From Promethearchaeota archaeon (GTDB taxonomy: Archaea > Asgardarchaeota > Lokiarchaeia > Sigyniarchaeales > SOKP01): 64,000 nt of DNA. Position numbers and translations under genes: made by a program. Location: contig JBHLOI010000014.1 in assembly GCA_048940645.1 (NCBI GenBank), positions 1 to 64,000 of the forward strand, given 5' to 3'. This document shows, piece by piece, positions 39,250-49,218 of this stretch (positions are counted from its first letter, which is position 1; each line of letters opens with the position of its first letter). The notes beneath the pieces are model-generated. The model did not search any database. It was not told the DNA's origin and saw only the letters and a program-made list of their open reading frames with translations.

Positions 39250-39393
39250 GTGTATCTCTTAAGCTGTCTGTGTTCTTCTAATTATATTCTTTATAATAGA
39301 AAAGAATATAAGACTAAATAAATTTTGTTATTATGAAAATTTACTAGATTAAAATTCTAAAATGTTAATACTTGAAATAAAGAAAGGATAATT

Positions 39394-40548
39394 ATGATCT
39401 TAAATTTAATGCAATTTAGCCAAACTCAAGTAGATCCACTTAGTTTAATAATCCAAGTTTTGTGGTTCGTATTAATATTCATTTCGATGTTTTACGGAAC
39501 TAAAATTCAAGCATGGAGATCACAGAAAGAAATTGAATCTGGATTAACAAAACTTAAGGAATGGGATGATGAATGTAAACAAATTTTATTATCGAATTTT
39601 AAAAAGTATGCTGATAAGAAAGAGACTGATAAAGATCTAATGATTAAACTCGAAGATTTTTTAACTTTTATTGCAATTACTCCTGTTTCAATTGATCCTT
39701 TTGGCATTATTCCAAAGTTGGATCATGTAATTGATGTTAGAGATGATAGATTCAGAGAAGAAGTAGCTTTAATGGCTCCAAGTGTAATAAAAGGTTCTGC
39801 AGATGCTCAAAATTTGGAAAATTTACTTGAAGCAGTAATGGCTGTAGATTTTATATATAGACTTGTAAAACATTACTTAATTTTAGGTAAGAAATCAAAA
39901 TCCTATATTTTACTAATGCAAATCTCGATGCAAATGAGCTTAATTACTTCAATGGCAAAATCATATTATCACGCTACTAAAGCATTTTCAGAAGGTAGCC
40001 CTATTGGAGACTCCCTTGGTCCTTTGGTTGCTGGAAATTTTGTAAGAAACGTTTCTGATAATGGTGAAGTTGATGCTCGTGAAATTGCAAAAGATACTAT
40101 ACTCCAAGAAGTAAACTTTGAAGATAGAATTGTTTATGTTGTTCGTGCAAAGGGTCCAGGTGGAACTGTTGGAAAACCAGGTACTGCGATTAAGAAGTTA
40201 ATTGAAGAACATGGAGATGATATCTCTAGAATTATAATGATTGATGCAGGCCTGAAACTTTCAAGTGATAAGCGTGGTTCCATTGCTGTAGGAGTTGGAG
40301 CAGCTATTGGTGGAATTGGTGTAGAGAAATTTTATATTGAAGAATCTTCGACAAAAAAAGAAATTCCAATTGATGCATTGATATGTAGAGAGTCTTTAGA
40401 AGATGCTATCACTACTATGCGTAGAAGTATTACCCAAAGTGTACCAAATATTGTAGAAAAGATTAAAATGGGGATACGTAAACGTACAGAAAAAGGATCA
40501 AAAATAATAGTAGCTGGTATTGGAAATACAATCGGGATTGGCGTTTAA
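39394..40548 (+). CDS. DUF1512-family archaeal protein
   Basis: PVSIDPFGI, PIGDSLGP, AKGPGGTVG.PG, IDAGLK, GAAIGGIG.EK..IE, AGIGNTIGI. Confidence 0.8.
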   Translation: MILNLMQFSQTQVDPLSLIIQVLWFVLIFISMFYGTKIQAWRSQKEIESGLTKLKEWDDECKQILLSNFKKYADKKETDKDLMIKLEDFLTFIAITPVSIDPFGIIPKLDHVIDVRDDRFREEVALMAPSVIKGSADAQNLENLLEAVMAVDFIYRLVKHYLILGKKSKSYILLMQISMQMSLITSMAKSYYHATKAFSEGSPIGDSLGPLVAGNFVRNVSDNGEVDAREIAKDTILQEVNFEDRIVYVVRAKGPGGTVGKPGTAIKKLIEEHGDDISRIIMIDAGLKLSSDKRGSIAVGVGAAIGGIGVEKFYIEESSTKKEIPIDALICRESLEDAITTMRRSITQSVPNIVEKIKMGIRKRTEKGSKIIVAGIGNTIGIGV

Positions 40549-40684
40549 TAAATCTTTTTTTTAATAACTAAATTTATATCACAAATTTCTAGAGAGTTTC
40601 TCAATTTTAAGGTTGAAAAAGTAATTTATAATAAACAATCTTAATAAAAAATAATATTAACAATAATTATAATTTAGACAAAGA

Positions 40685-41152
40685 GTGAAAATCATGAAAG
40701 TATTTTCAGAAGAATGGACTCAAGCATATATGAAAGCCATAAATGCTAATCCTAATTTTAAAGCAGCAGCATCATGGTGGGAAGGGGATTTTATTTTTAT
40801 TGTTGAACCTGTTGGAAATTTAGATCATGAAATTAAATTTTTTATCGGGTTTTATAAGGGTGATTGTACAGGAACAAAAGTTTTAGCACCTGGTGAGGAA
40901 TATGATATTCTTCCCCCTAATTCACCATCTAGACCTTTAAAGGAAGGTGAAAAGGTGGGAGCTGAGTTTGTTTTTTCAGGTCCATATGATAATTGGGTAA
41001 AGGTGTTAAAGAAAAAACTCGATCCTATCCAAGGGTTAATGGCAGGAAAGTTTAAACTAGTTGGAAATATGGCTAAAGTCATGCGAGCCACAAAAGCAGC
41101 ACAAGAAATGGTTGTAGCGACCACTATGGTTGAAGGAGCCGAGTTTTATTAA
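40685..41152 (+). CDS. SCP2 sterol/lipid-binding domain protein, copy 1
   Basis: FSEEW..AY..AIN, W.GDF, FVFSGPYDNW, LDPIQGLMAGKFKLVG. Likely start is ATG 40694. Confidence 0.85.
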   Translation: MKIMKVFSEEWTQAYMKAINANPNFKAAASWWEGDFIFIVEPVGNLDHEIKFFIGFYKGDCTGTKVLAPGEEYDILPPNSPSRPLKEGEKVGAEFVFSGPYDNWVKVLKKKLDPIQGLMAGKFKLVGNMAKVMRATKAAQEMVVATTMVEGAEFY

Positions 41153-41167
41153 GACCCTCTTTTTTTT
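41153..41167 (+). terminator. Probable archaeal oligo-T terminator
   Basis: CCTC followed by a T-run immediately after the stop; similar at 41912-41928 and 56793-56812. Confidence 0.5.
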
Positions 41168-41233
41168 ATAATTAGTAAAACTAGTTCTCATTAAATTTCT
41201 AGTGTTATATAAACCAGTGATAATAATTGGACT

Positions 41234-41279
41234 AATAATTGTAGCTGGTATTGGGAATACAATCGGAATTAGTGTCTAA
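41234..41279 (+). pseudogene. Relic of the DUF1512 C-terminus (IIVAGIGNTIGISV*)
   Basis: Aligns codon-for-codon with the last 14 codons and stop of 39394..40548. Confidence 0.8.
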
Positions 41280-41443
41280 TAAAACTTTTTTACAAACTTT
41301 TTTTTCTTAAAGACATTTGACAAATTTGTGTGAATATTCCTCTAGATCTATTTAATTTGAATTAAATTTGAAAAAATAATTAATAAAAAAAAGTATTTAT
41401 AAAAATAATATCAACAGAACATATATAAAAATTTAAATAAATA

Positions 41444-41911
41444 GTGAAAATTATGAAAGTTTTTTCAGAAGAATGGGCTGAGGCTTATGTAAAAGCACTA
41501 AACAGTAATCCTAATTATAAAGCTGCAGCATCTTGGTGGGAAGGGGATTTTATTTTTATTGTTGAGCCGAGTGGAAATTTAGATCATGAAATTAAAATGT
41601 TTATTGGATTATACAAGGGTGATTGTACGGGAGCAAAAACTTTAGCAACTGGTGAGGAATTTGATATTCTCCCTCCTAACTCACCACCTAGACCTTTAAA
41701 AGAAGGTGAAAAAGTGGGTGCTGAGTTTGTTTTTTCAGGTCCTTATGATAACTGGGTAAAAGTCTTAAAGAAAGAACTCGATCCTATCCAAGGGTTAATG
41801 GCAGGGAAGTTTAAATTAGTAGGAAACATGGCGAAAGTAATGCGCGCTACTAAAGCAGCTCAAGAAATGGTCGTTGCTACCACTATGGTTGAGGGTACAG
41901 AGTTTTATTAA
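41444..41911 (+). CDS. SCP2 sterol/lipid-binding domain protein, copy 2
   Basis: Same length and near-identical to copy 1. Likely start is ATG 41453. Confidence 0.85.
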   Translation: MKIMKVFSEEWAEAYVKALNSNPNYKAAASWWEGDFIFIVEPSGNLDHEIKMFIGLYKGDCTGAKTLATGEEFDILPPNSPPRPLKEGEKVGAEFVFSGPYDNWVKVLKKELDPIQGLMAGKFKLVGNMAKVMRATKAAQEMVVATTMVEGTEFY

Positions 41912-42159
41912 AATCTCCTCTTTTTTTTATTTCTATTCAGATATTAGTTTATACAATTTATAAATTGAGTGTTTTTAGGGTTTTAGTCATTTGAAATTAT
42001 TAACTAAACATTATGAAAATATAATTTGATTATATTTAGTGAAATTTGCAGGAATAAATTATATAAGTTGGTGATAATAATTGGACTATAGTAACATTTA
42101 ATAGTTCAATCTTTTTTTGTAATTAATAACTAATTTATCCAAAAAATTTGTGAAAAAGA

Positions 42160-43173
42160 ATGGGCTTATCCACTAAGGAATATTTTGTGAAGGATTTAGT
42201 AATAGATGACGAATATGACATAATTGCTGCAAAAGCAACAGTTGAAGATGCTGCGAAAAAGATGAAACAATTAGGCATTCCAGATTTAGTTGTTGTTGAA
42301 GAAGGAACAGAGCAAGTAATTGGGGTAATAGGAGATTTCGATATTGTCCAAAATACTATTGCAGAAGGATTAGACCCAAAAAGTACTAATGTTACTTCAG
42401 CAATGTATAAAATATCTCCTGTCTCATTGGATACTCCTGTAAAAGAAGCATTTACTAGGATGCGTGATTTACAAGTCAATGTTGTACCGGTCGTAGAAAA
42501 TAATAAATTAATTGGTGTATGCTCAATCCAAGATTGTTGGAGTTATATTCCTGATCAAATAGTAGATGAAATTGGATTGATACCAGTGGCAAATACAAGA
42601 GTTGCCGAATTTTGGTTTGCTAGTGTTTCAGCTGTTATAGCTTTAATTTTAGGAATAATTTTGCCATTAGCGGGAGTTTTTGGATTTTTCATTGCGGATC
42701 AAGCAGATGTAATGTCGTTATTGGGTTTAGCTGATGTTCGTGGAGGATCAATGGTTTTTTATCTGTTTGAAGCACACGGCTATGATTTTTTTGTATCAAT
42801 TATTAATATAGCCGCTAGGAGTGGAGTGATCTGGATAGTAATAGTTGTATTTAGTATATTACTCCTGATTATTGGATTTTTAGGATTGTTTGCCATAATT
42901 TATACGAGTTTTGCCGATACAAGAAATATAAAGACGGGAAATATTGTCCGAATCTTAATACCATCCCTAGTAATCGTTTTTATAGTGCTTGAATGGATAT
43001 TATTCGCTATTGGTTTTGCAACAGCAAGTAGTCCAGTTTCATTTGCCTTAGATCCAGTTGGATTGACTATGTCTATCGTTTCAATGATATTAATCATAAT
43101 TGCAATCAATCGTGATTACATTTTTCGGCAAAAAAAATCCATAGATTCTGAGTTAAGAGAGGTGAAATCATAG
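42160..43173 (+). CDS. CBS-pair protein with C-terminal multi-TM domain
   Basis: TVEDAAKKM..LVVVE...IGVI.DFDI and TPVKEAFTRM..VPVVEN.KLIGV; about four TM helices follow. Confidence 0.85.
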   Translation: MGLSTKEYFVKDLVIDDEYDIIAAKATVEDAAKKMKQLGIPDLVVVEEGTEQVIGVIGDFDIVQNTIAEGLDPKSTNVTSAMYKISPVSLDTPVKEAFTRMRDLQVNVVPVVENNKLIGVCSIQDCWSYIPDQIVDEIGLIPVANTRVAEFWFASVSAVIALILGIILPLAGVFGFFIADQADVMSLLGLADVRGGSMVFYLFEAHGYDFFVSIINIAARSGVIWIVIVVFSILLLIIGFLGLFAIIYTSFADTRNIKTGNIVRILIPSLVIVFIVLEWILFAIGFATASSPVSFALDPVGLTMSIVSMILIIIAINRDYIFRQKKSIDSELREVKS

Positions 43174-43175
43174 GC

Positions 43176-44642
43176 ATGCCTCGTGGTGGAGGTTTTCGAG
43201 GAGGTGGTTTTCGAGGGGGGGGATTTCGAGGAGGTGGTTTTCGAGGAGGTCCAGCAGGATTTCGAATGGGCGGAATTAGACCAGGTGGTGCTCCATTTGG
43301 TAGAACTGGAGCGTCAAGAATAGTTTCACGATCTCCTCGTGGACCATATAGACATACATATTATTATCCACATCGTAGATATTGGTATGGATACAGACCT
43401 TGGTATTGGAGATGGTGGTATTCCCCATGGTGGGCAGGACATTGGTATAGACCATGGTATTATAGCCCAGTATATATTGGAGGAGGAATTTTCTTTCTTA
43501 TTATACTTGGTTTAATAATATTACCTCTGTTTCAAATAGGTTTTTGGTTTCCTTTTTCTAATGCGGATTCATCTGGTACTGTTGCTTATCGTTCTACCGA
43601 AGTTATTGGTTTTAATGAATATTGGTATGAATATGAGTATATAGAGGGAGGTAATGATATCACATATTCAGTTCAATCATCAATAAGCCCCATAAGTTTT
43701 GCAATATGGGATCAACCTTTTGAGAATTTACCTTTTAAACCTCCTATATATGGAAATGATACATTCTTAATATCATTACCAAGTAATTGGTATGAGTATT
43801 ATTTTATATTTTTAAAACCAGGATCTTCAATATTTTACAATTTTACTGTAACTTCAGGCAATCCAATCGACTTTTTTATTACTGATGTATCAAACCTTGT
43901 TAAATGGAATGATAATGATCCATCCGCCTCTTTCTATAACCAAAGCGATAATACATTGGGAGAAATCGGAACTTTTTCAAATATATTCAGTGCACAAGAC
44001 TATTATCTTGTATGGTATAATGACAATCCTTCTAGTGCTTCTGTAGATATTGAAATTAACTATACAGCAGTTAATGTTATTGATCTCTCAGCAGCAGACT
44101 TATCTCACGAAAATGTATTTTCTGCTTCAGGCACTTTCCCTGTTCCTTCCGACCGATCAGGTAATTGGTATTTCTTTGTATATTTTGATCCATTATTTTC
44201 ATTAGAAGAGTCAACAACTATTACTTTTGATGTTACCTATGAGACAGGGGTTACTTATGTTGAAAGATGGCAAAGTATTCAATGGATATTAATTATTATT
44301 CTGGTTGTTGTTATCATTGTGATAATCGCAGCTTTTGCCGCAAGAAAAGGACAAAAAGCTGTGAGTTTAAAAGCAAAAAAGGAACAAAAAACAGAACCCT
44401 CCAAGGCTGTAAAGGAAGAAGTTAAAGGTGAGACAAAAAAATGTCCTCGATGTAATTTCGATATTAAAACTGATGCGAATTTTTGTCCCAAATGTGGAGG
44501 CAAAATAGAAGGAAGAAGTATTGGGTCATCTGAAATTACAACGCCGGTTGAAGCTAAGACATGTTCTTTTTGCGGTAGTAAACTTTCTGAAACTTCAAAT
44601 TTTTGTCCATGGTGCGGTACTCCAAAACTGAAGAATGATTGA
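43176..44642 (+). CDS. Two-TM protein: RGG/aromatic low-complexity N-terminus, beta-sandwich ectodomain, two C-terminal double zinc ribbons
   Basis: (RGGGF)4, YW/R-rich tract, TM, ectodomain with four N-x-S/T sequons, TM, CPRC/CPKC and CSFC/CPWC. Confidence 0.85.
   Translation: MPRGGGFRGGGFRGGGFRGGGFRGGPAGFRMGGIRPGGAPFGRTGASRIVSRSPRGPYRHTYYYPHRRYWYGYRPWYWRWWYSPWWAGHWYRPWYYSPVYIGGGIFFLIILGLIILPLFQIGFWFPFSNADSSGTVAYRSTEVIGFNEYWYEYEYIEGGNDITYSVQSSISPISFAIWDQPFENLPFKPPIYGNDTFLISLPSNWYEYYFIFLKPGSSIFYNFTVTSGNPIDFFITDVSNLVKWNDNDPSASFYNQSDNTLGEIGTFSNIFSAQDYYLVWYNDNPSSASVDIEINYTAVNVIDLSAADLSHENVFSASGTFPVPSDRSGNWYFFVYFDPLFSLEESTTITFDVTYETGVTYVERWQSIQWILIIILVVVIIVIIAAFAARKGQKAVSLKAKKEQKTEPSKAVKEEVKGETKKCPRCNFDIKTDANFCPKCGGKIEGRSIGSSEITTPVEAKTCSFCGSKLSETSNFCPWCGTPKLKND
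43182..43250 (+). repeat. 15-bp coding tandem repeat encoding RGGGF x4 + RGG
   Basis: CGW-GGD-GGD-GGW-TTT units with synonymous variation. Confidence 0.9.
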
Positions 44643-44749
44643 TCAGGTATTAAAAAAAAAAAATAATAATTTCCTTTTTTTTTCTAATATTATTTTTACT
44701 CTAAATATGGATTAACTTATTAGAATAGTAAAATTCTAAACTCATAAAA

Positions 44750-45439
44750 ATGATGAAAGAATTTTTTTCTTTATATTTAAGAGGTAAAGCTGAAAAAATC
44801 ATATCAAATATTTTTCTAATCTTAATTATTATCTTAGGGTTATTTTTATTAGATATTATTCCTCCTCTTGAGTGGTATATTTATGTATCTTTTTCAGGTT
44901 TGTTGTTATTATTCTTATTTTTATTAATTTTGCGAAGAATCAAAAGAACATGCATTGCACTAGATACAAAATTAAGGCGTGAGAACTTTAAAGACAAGAT
45001 GGGTTTAGAACCGTTAAAGAAAAATAATTTAACAAAAGCCTATAAAAGATGGTTAATCAAGGATGCTGCAAATAAAAAATTAGATATACAACTTAAACCA
45101 AAAGTTAGTTCTTCGGGAATTCCTTACTGTTTTTATTGTTGTTATTGTATTATCCCTTTAATCTTAATCCTTGGATTAATAACTATTATTTATACTCCAG
45201 AAATCGTCCAAAGGATAATTATCCCTGGGATATTCCTTGGATTATTCATAATTTATTTCTTAATACAAAAAAGAATAAATTATTACACATATAAGGAGAT
45301 GGATTCAGCAATAAAAAGAGTTTTATTTGAGGAAGAAACAGGATATAAACCCTTAATAAAAGGTAGATTCTCTTTCAAATATAAAGCATGGCTCATACAA
45401 AATGAAAAAAAAGATGAAACATCTAACATAATTGCTTGA
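44750..45439 (+). CDS. Four-TM protein with internal two-fold repeat
   Basis: Two halves, each TM-TM followed by F...(M/T)G..PL......YK.WLI; Cys cluster YCFYCCYC. Confidence 0.7.
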   Translation: MMKEFFSLYLRGKAEKIISNIFLILIIILGLFLLDIIPPLEWYIYVSFSGLLLLFLFLLILRRIKRTCIALDTKLRRENFKDKMGLEPLKKNNLTKAYKRWLIKDAANKKLDIQLKPKVSSSGIPYCFYCCYCIIPLILILGLITIIYTPEIVQRIIIPGIFLGLFIIYFLIQKRINYYTYKEMDSAIKRVLFEEETGYKPLIKGRFSFKYKAWLIQNEKKDETSNIIA

Positions 45440-45556
45440 ACTTATGATGTTTATGATTTCTAATTAAATTTTTTATTTTAAAATCATTTTTCTATTTAAT
45501 TTTGAATTTAAAAATAGTATTTAATTAAATCTGCTTAAAACATCAAAAAACCGCTT

Positions 45557-46366
45557 ATGAATGATCAAAAACAACATTTATCCGAAATCCTTAAAAAGAA
45601 GGTATTTTTTTTTGATTTGGATGGAACAATTTATTTAGGCGATACACTTTTTGATGGAGTGATTGAATTAATTAATATATTAGAACGTAAAAATAAACAC
45701 TTCTACTTTCTTTCAAATAATTCTAGTAAATCTACTTCTGATTATATTCGGAAGCTACTTAATTTAAATCTAAACATAACCCGGGATAATATCATCTTAT
45801 CTCAACACCCAACCATAGATTTTCTTAAAAAAAATGATTATGAGAGGATTTTCTTATTAGGGACACAATCACTTAAGAAGGAATTTTTGGAAGAAGGTTT
45901 TATTTTAACAGAAGAAGATCCAGAAATAATTGTGCTTGCTTTTGATCAAGAATTAACTTATGAGCGTTTAGTTAATGCTTCATATTTTCTTCAAAATCAA
46001 ATTCCATATATTGCAACTCATTTAGATGATAGATGCCCTACAGAGGAAGGCTATATTCCTGATGCGGGTGGAATTGCTGCTTTATTATATAAAGCCACTG
46101 GAAGAATGCCTGAAGTCTTTGGAAAACCAAATAAACAGATGCTCTTATTTAAGCTTCAAGAATTAGAAATCTCTCCTAAAGATGCAATAATGTTTGGAGA
46201 TAGATTATATACTGATATTAAAATGGGAATTGAGGCAGGTGTTACCACATGTTGCGTATTATCTGGAGAAATTACAATGGAAATGATAAAAAAAAGTAAA
46301 GATTCTAAACCTGATTTTATTATTGATGGAATTTGGGAATTATATGAATTATTAAAACAGCTATAA
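45557..46366 (+). CDS. HAD-IIA hydrolase (NagD-like)
   Basis: FDLDGTIY, LSNNSS, IPDAG, FGKP, GDRLYTDI. Confidence 0.9.
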   Translation: MNDQKQHLSEILKKKVFFFDLDGTIYLGDTLFDGVIELINILERKNKHFYFLSNNSSKSTSDYIRKLLNLNLNITRDNIILSQHPTIDFLKKNDYERIFLLGTQSLKKEFLEEGFILTEEDPEIIVLAFDQELTYERLVNASYFLQNQIPYIATHLDDRCPTEEGYIPDAGGIAALLYKATGRMPEVFGKPNKQMLLFKLQELEISPKDAIMFGDRLYTDIKMGIEAGVTTCCVLSGEITMEMIKKSKDSKPDFIIDGIWELYELLKQL

Positions 46367-46521
46367 TTACATATAGCTATATATATATTCAATAAAGCAA
46401 AATTTTATTTCAGAAAGTATATTTATAAACTTAAGAATTTTAAATTCTTATTTATTTAAAACAATAAAATTTTCTATTTGATTTCATTAATTTAATATTA
46501 ATAGAGAATTGGTAAAATAAA

Positions 46522-49218
46522 ATGACAGCCACTGAGACAAACAAGTATATTTATAATTTTACTGAGGGAAAAAAAGAATTAAAGAATCTTTTAGGCGGAA
46601 AAGGAGCAAATCTTGGGGAAATGACTAATTTAGGTCTAAATATTCCATCAGGATTTACGATTACTACTGAAGCATGTTTGAAATATTTTCAAAACCCAGA
46701 ACAAATAATGGCTGAAATTGAACCTATAGTAATTAGGCATCTCAAAGAATTAGAGAAAAAGACAGGTAAAAAGTTTGGTGATGAGCGAAATCCCTTGCTG
46801 GTTTCTGTCCGCTCCGGGGCACCTCAATCTATGCCTGGAATGATGGACACTGTTTTAAATCTTGGCTTAAATGACGTATCCGTCAAAGGCATGGCAGAAC
46901 AGACTGAAAATCCTCGATTTGCTTACGATTCATGGAGGCGTTTTATTCAGATGTTTGGAGATGTAGTAATGGGAATTGGAGATGAGAAATTTGAAAGGAT
47001 CCTTAATAAATATAAGCGTGAAATTTCCAGAAATGCACAAGATACTGATTTAACAGTATCAGATTTACAGAAAGTAATTGCGGATTATAAAGCGTTGTAT
47101 GAAAAAGAAAAAGGATCACCTTTTCCACAAGATCCTTATAAACAATTATTTCTCGCAATTGAAGCTGTCTTTAAATCATGGAATAATAAAAGAGCGATTA
47201 CATATAGGAAAATCAACGATATCCCTGATTTTGGGACTGCAGTGAATATCCAAACAATGGTTTTTGGAAATAAGGGATGGGATTCGGCGACGGGAGTAGC
47301 ATTCACGAGGGATCCATCTACTGGTGAAAATAAGAAATTTGGAGAATATTTATCAAATGCGCAGGGTGAAGATGTAGTTGCAGGCATAAGAACACCAAAA
47401 AAATTGGAAGAAATGAAAGAAGAGTTTCCTAAAATTTATGATGAATTAAGAAAGACGATGGAAAAACTCGAAAATCATTACAAAGACATGCAAGATATTG
47501 AATTTACTATTGAAAAAGGAAAACTCTATATCCTTCAAACAAGAAATGGCAAGCGGACACCATCAGCAGCAGTAAAAATAGCTGTTGATATGGTTAAAGA
47601 AGGTTTAATATCAAAGGAAGAGGCAATAATGAGCCTTGATCCTAATAAAATTTCAAAGTTGTTATTTAAGAGTATCGATGAACATGCTGTTCTACATGTT
47701 TTAGCGAACGGAATTAATGCATCTCCCGGAGCTGTTTCAGGGAAAGCTATATTCGATCCAGATAAAGCAGAGGCGATGGCAAATGCTGGTGAAGAAGAAA
47801 TAATTCTAGTTCGACCACAAACAAAACCAGATGACGTCCATGGATTATATGCTTCAAGCGGAGTACTCACCCAATTTGGAGGTAAGACATCTCATGCTGC
47901 GGTGGTTGCAAGAGGAATGGGTAAACCCGCAGTAGTAGGTGCGCAAGATATTGAAATTAACGAAGAAAAGGCTGAATTTAGTGTAGCTGAAACTGTGATT
48001 CAAGAAGGTGAATATATTACTATTGATGGTACGACTGGACGTGTAATTGAAGGAAAAGTTCCATTAATAGAACCAGAAATAAAAGGGGAATTTTCGGAAC
48101 TTCTAAAAATGGCAGATGAAATAAGAACATTAGGGGTAAGAGCGAATGCTGATACTCCAACAGATGCCAGAAAAGCTTTAGAGTTTGGAGCTGAAGGAAT
48201 TGGGCTAACAAGAACAGAACACATGTTTATGGCACAAGATAGATTACCTGTAGTCCAAAAAATGATAATAGCACGAACTCAAGAGGAACGCCAAGATGCT
48301 TTAAACAAAATATTACCAATGCAAAAAGGAGACTTTTATGAAATTTTCAAAATTATGGAAGGAAAACCTGTCACAATTAGATTACTTGATCCTCCACTGC
48401 ATGAATTTCTACCTGACTTGAATACAGTTCAGCTCGAATATCAAGAGTTAAAAATGACTAATGAATTATCAAAATCTTTACTGAATAATAGCCCCTTAGA
48501 TAATGAGATCAAGAAAAAGAGTAAGGTAATTAGCCTAATCAGGTCACTCTCCGAAGAAAACCCCATGATGGGGCTTCGTGGGTGTCGTTTAGGAATTGTA
48601 TGGCCAGAAATCAATGAGATGCAAGTTAAGGCGATCTTCCAAGCAGCTTGTGAATTAAAACTTAATGGTGTTGATGTAATCCCTGAAGTAATGATTCCAT
48701 TAATAGGTATGATTTCTGAATTACAGCTAGTTAAATCCCAATTACTAGAAATCGCGGAAGAGACAATAAAAGAGTATGGAGTAGATTTAGATTATAAATT
48801 TGGTACTATGATTGAAATTCCCAGAGCTGCTTTAACAGCAGATGAGATTGCCATTGAAGCCGAATTTTTCTCATTTGGAACCAATGATTTAACCCAAATG
48901 ACATATGGATTCAGTAGAGATGATGCTGAAGGTAAATTTTTACCAATCTATTTAAATAAAGAAATCTTGGATACGAACCCATTTGAAGTGTTGGACCAAG
49001 ATGGTGTTGGGAAGCTTATGAAAATGGCTATAGAGCTTGGAAAGCAAACTAGGTCTGATTTAAAATGTGGAATTTGTGGGGAACATGGTGGAGAGCCACG
49101 TTCTATCAAATTTGCTAATTCTCTTGGTATTAATTATGTTTCTTGTTCTCCTTTTAGAATTCCAGTAGCAAGATTGGCAGCTGCACAAGCAGCTATTGAA
49201 CAAAAGAAAGAAATGTAA
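46522..49218 (+). CDS. ppdK: Pyruvate, phosphate dikinase
   Basis: LGGKGANL.EM, SVRSGA..SMPGMMDT, TSHAAVVARG, RTEHMF, SFGTNDLTQ, GICGEHGG. Confidence 0.97.
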   Translation: MTATETNKYIYNFTEGKKELKNLLGGKGANLGEMTNLGLNIPSGFTITTEACLKYFQNPEQIMAEIEPIVIRHLKELEKKTGKKFGDERNPLLVSVRSGAPQSMPGMMDTVLNLGLNDVSVKGMAEQTENPRFAYDSWRRFIQMFGDVVMGIGDEKFERILNKYKREISRNAQDTDLTVSDLQKVIADYKALYEKEKGSPFPQDPYKQLFLAIEAVFKSWNNKRAITYRKINDIPDFGTAVNIQTMVFGNKGWDSATGVAFTRDPSTGENKKFGEYLSNAQGEDVVAGIRTPKKLEEMKEEFPKIYDELRKTMEKLENHYKDMQDIEFTIEKGKLYILQTRNGKRTPSAAVKIAVDMVKEGLISKEEAIMSLDPNKISKLLFKSIDEHAVLHVLANGINASPGAVSGKAIFDPDKAEAMANAGEEEIILVRPQTKPDDVHGLYASSGVLTQFGGKTSHAAVVARGMGKPAVVGAQDIEINEEKAEFSVAETVIQEGEYITIDGTTGRVIEGKVPLIEPEIKGEFSELLKMADEIRTLGVRANADTPTDARKALEFGAEGIGLTRTEHMFMAQDRLPVVQKMIIARTQEERQDALNKILPMQKGDFYEIFKIMEGKPVTIRLLDPPLHEFLPDLNTVQLEYQELKMTNELSKSLLNNSPLDNEIKKKSKVISLIRSLSEENPMMGLRGCRLGIVWPEINEMQVKAIFQAACELKLNGVDVIPEVMIPLIGMISELQLVKSQLLEIAEETIKEYGVDLDYKFGTMIEIPRAALTADEIAIEAEFFSFGTNDLTQMTYGFSRDDAEGKFLPIYLNKEILDTNPFEVLDQDGVGKLMKMAIELGKQTRSDLKCGICGEHGGEPRSIKFANSLGINYVSCSPFRIPVARLAAAQAAIEQKKEM

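Larger units (their letters stand above)
40503..42088 (+). repeat. Imperfect tandem duplication (DUF1512 3' end + SCP2 gene + downstream 18-mer)
   Basis: 40503-40560 recurs at 41234-41290; the SCP2 genes are near-identical; GTGATAATAATTGGACTA occurs at 41217-41234 and 42071-42088. Confidence 0.85.

Noticed and set aside
41217-41279. 20-codon mini-ORF MIIIGLIIVAGIGNTIGISV
   Set aside because: It is the chimeric duplication junction, with no SD or other support for expression
43182-43250. G-rich DNA repeat as a CRISPR array or non-coding repeat
   Set aside because: No spacers, and variation is confined to synonymous positions, so it is selected as protein (RGGGF)
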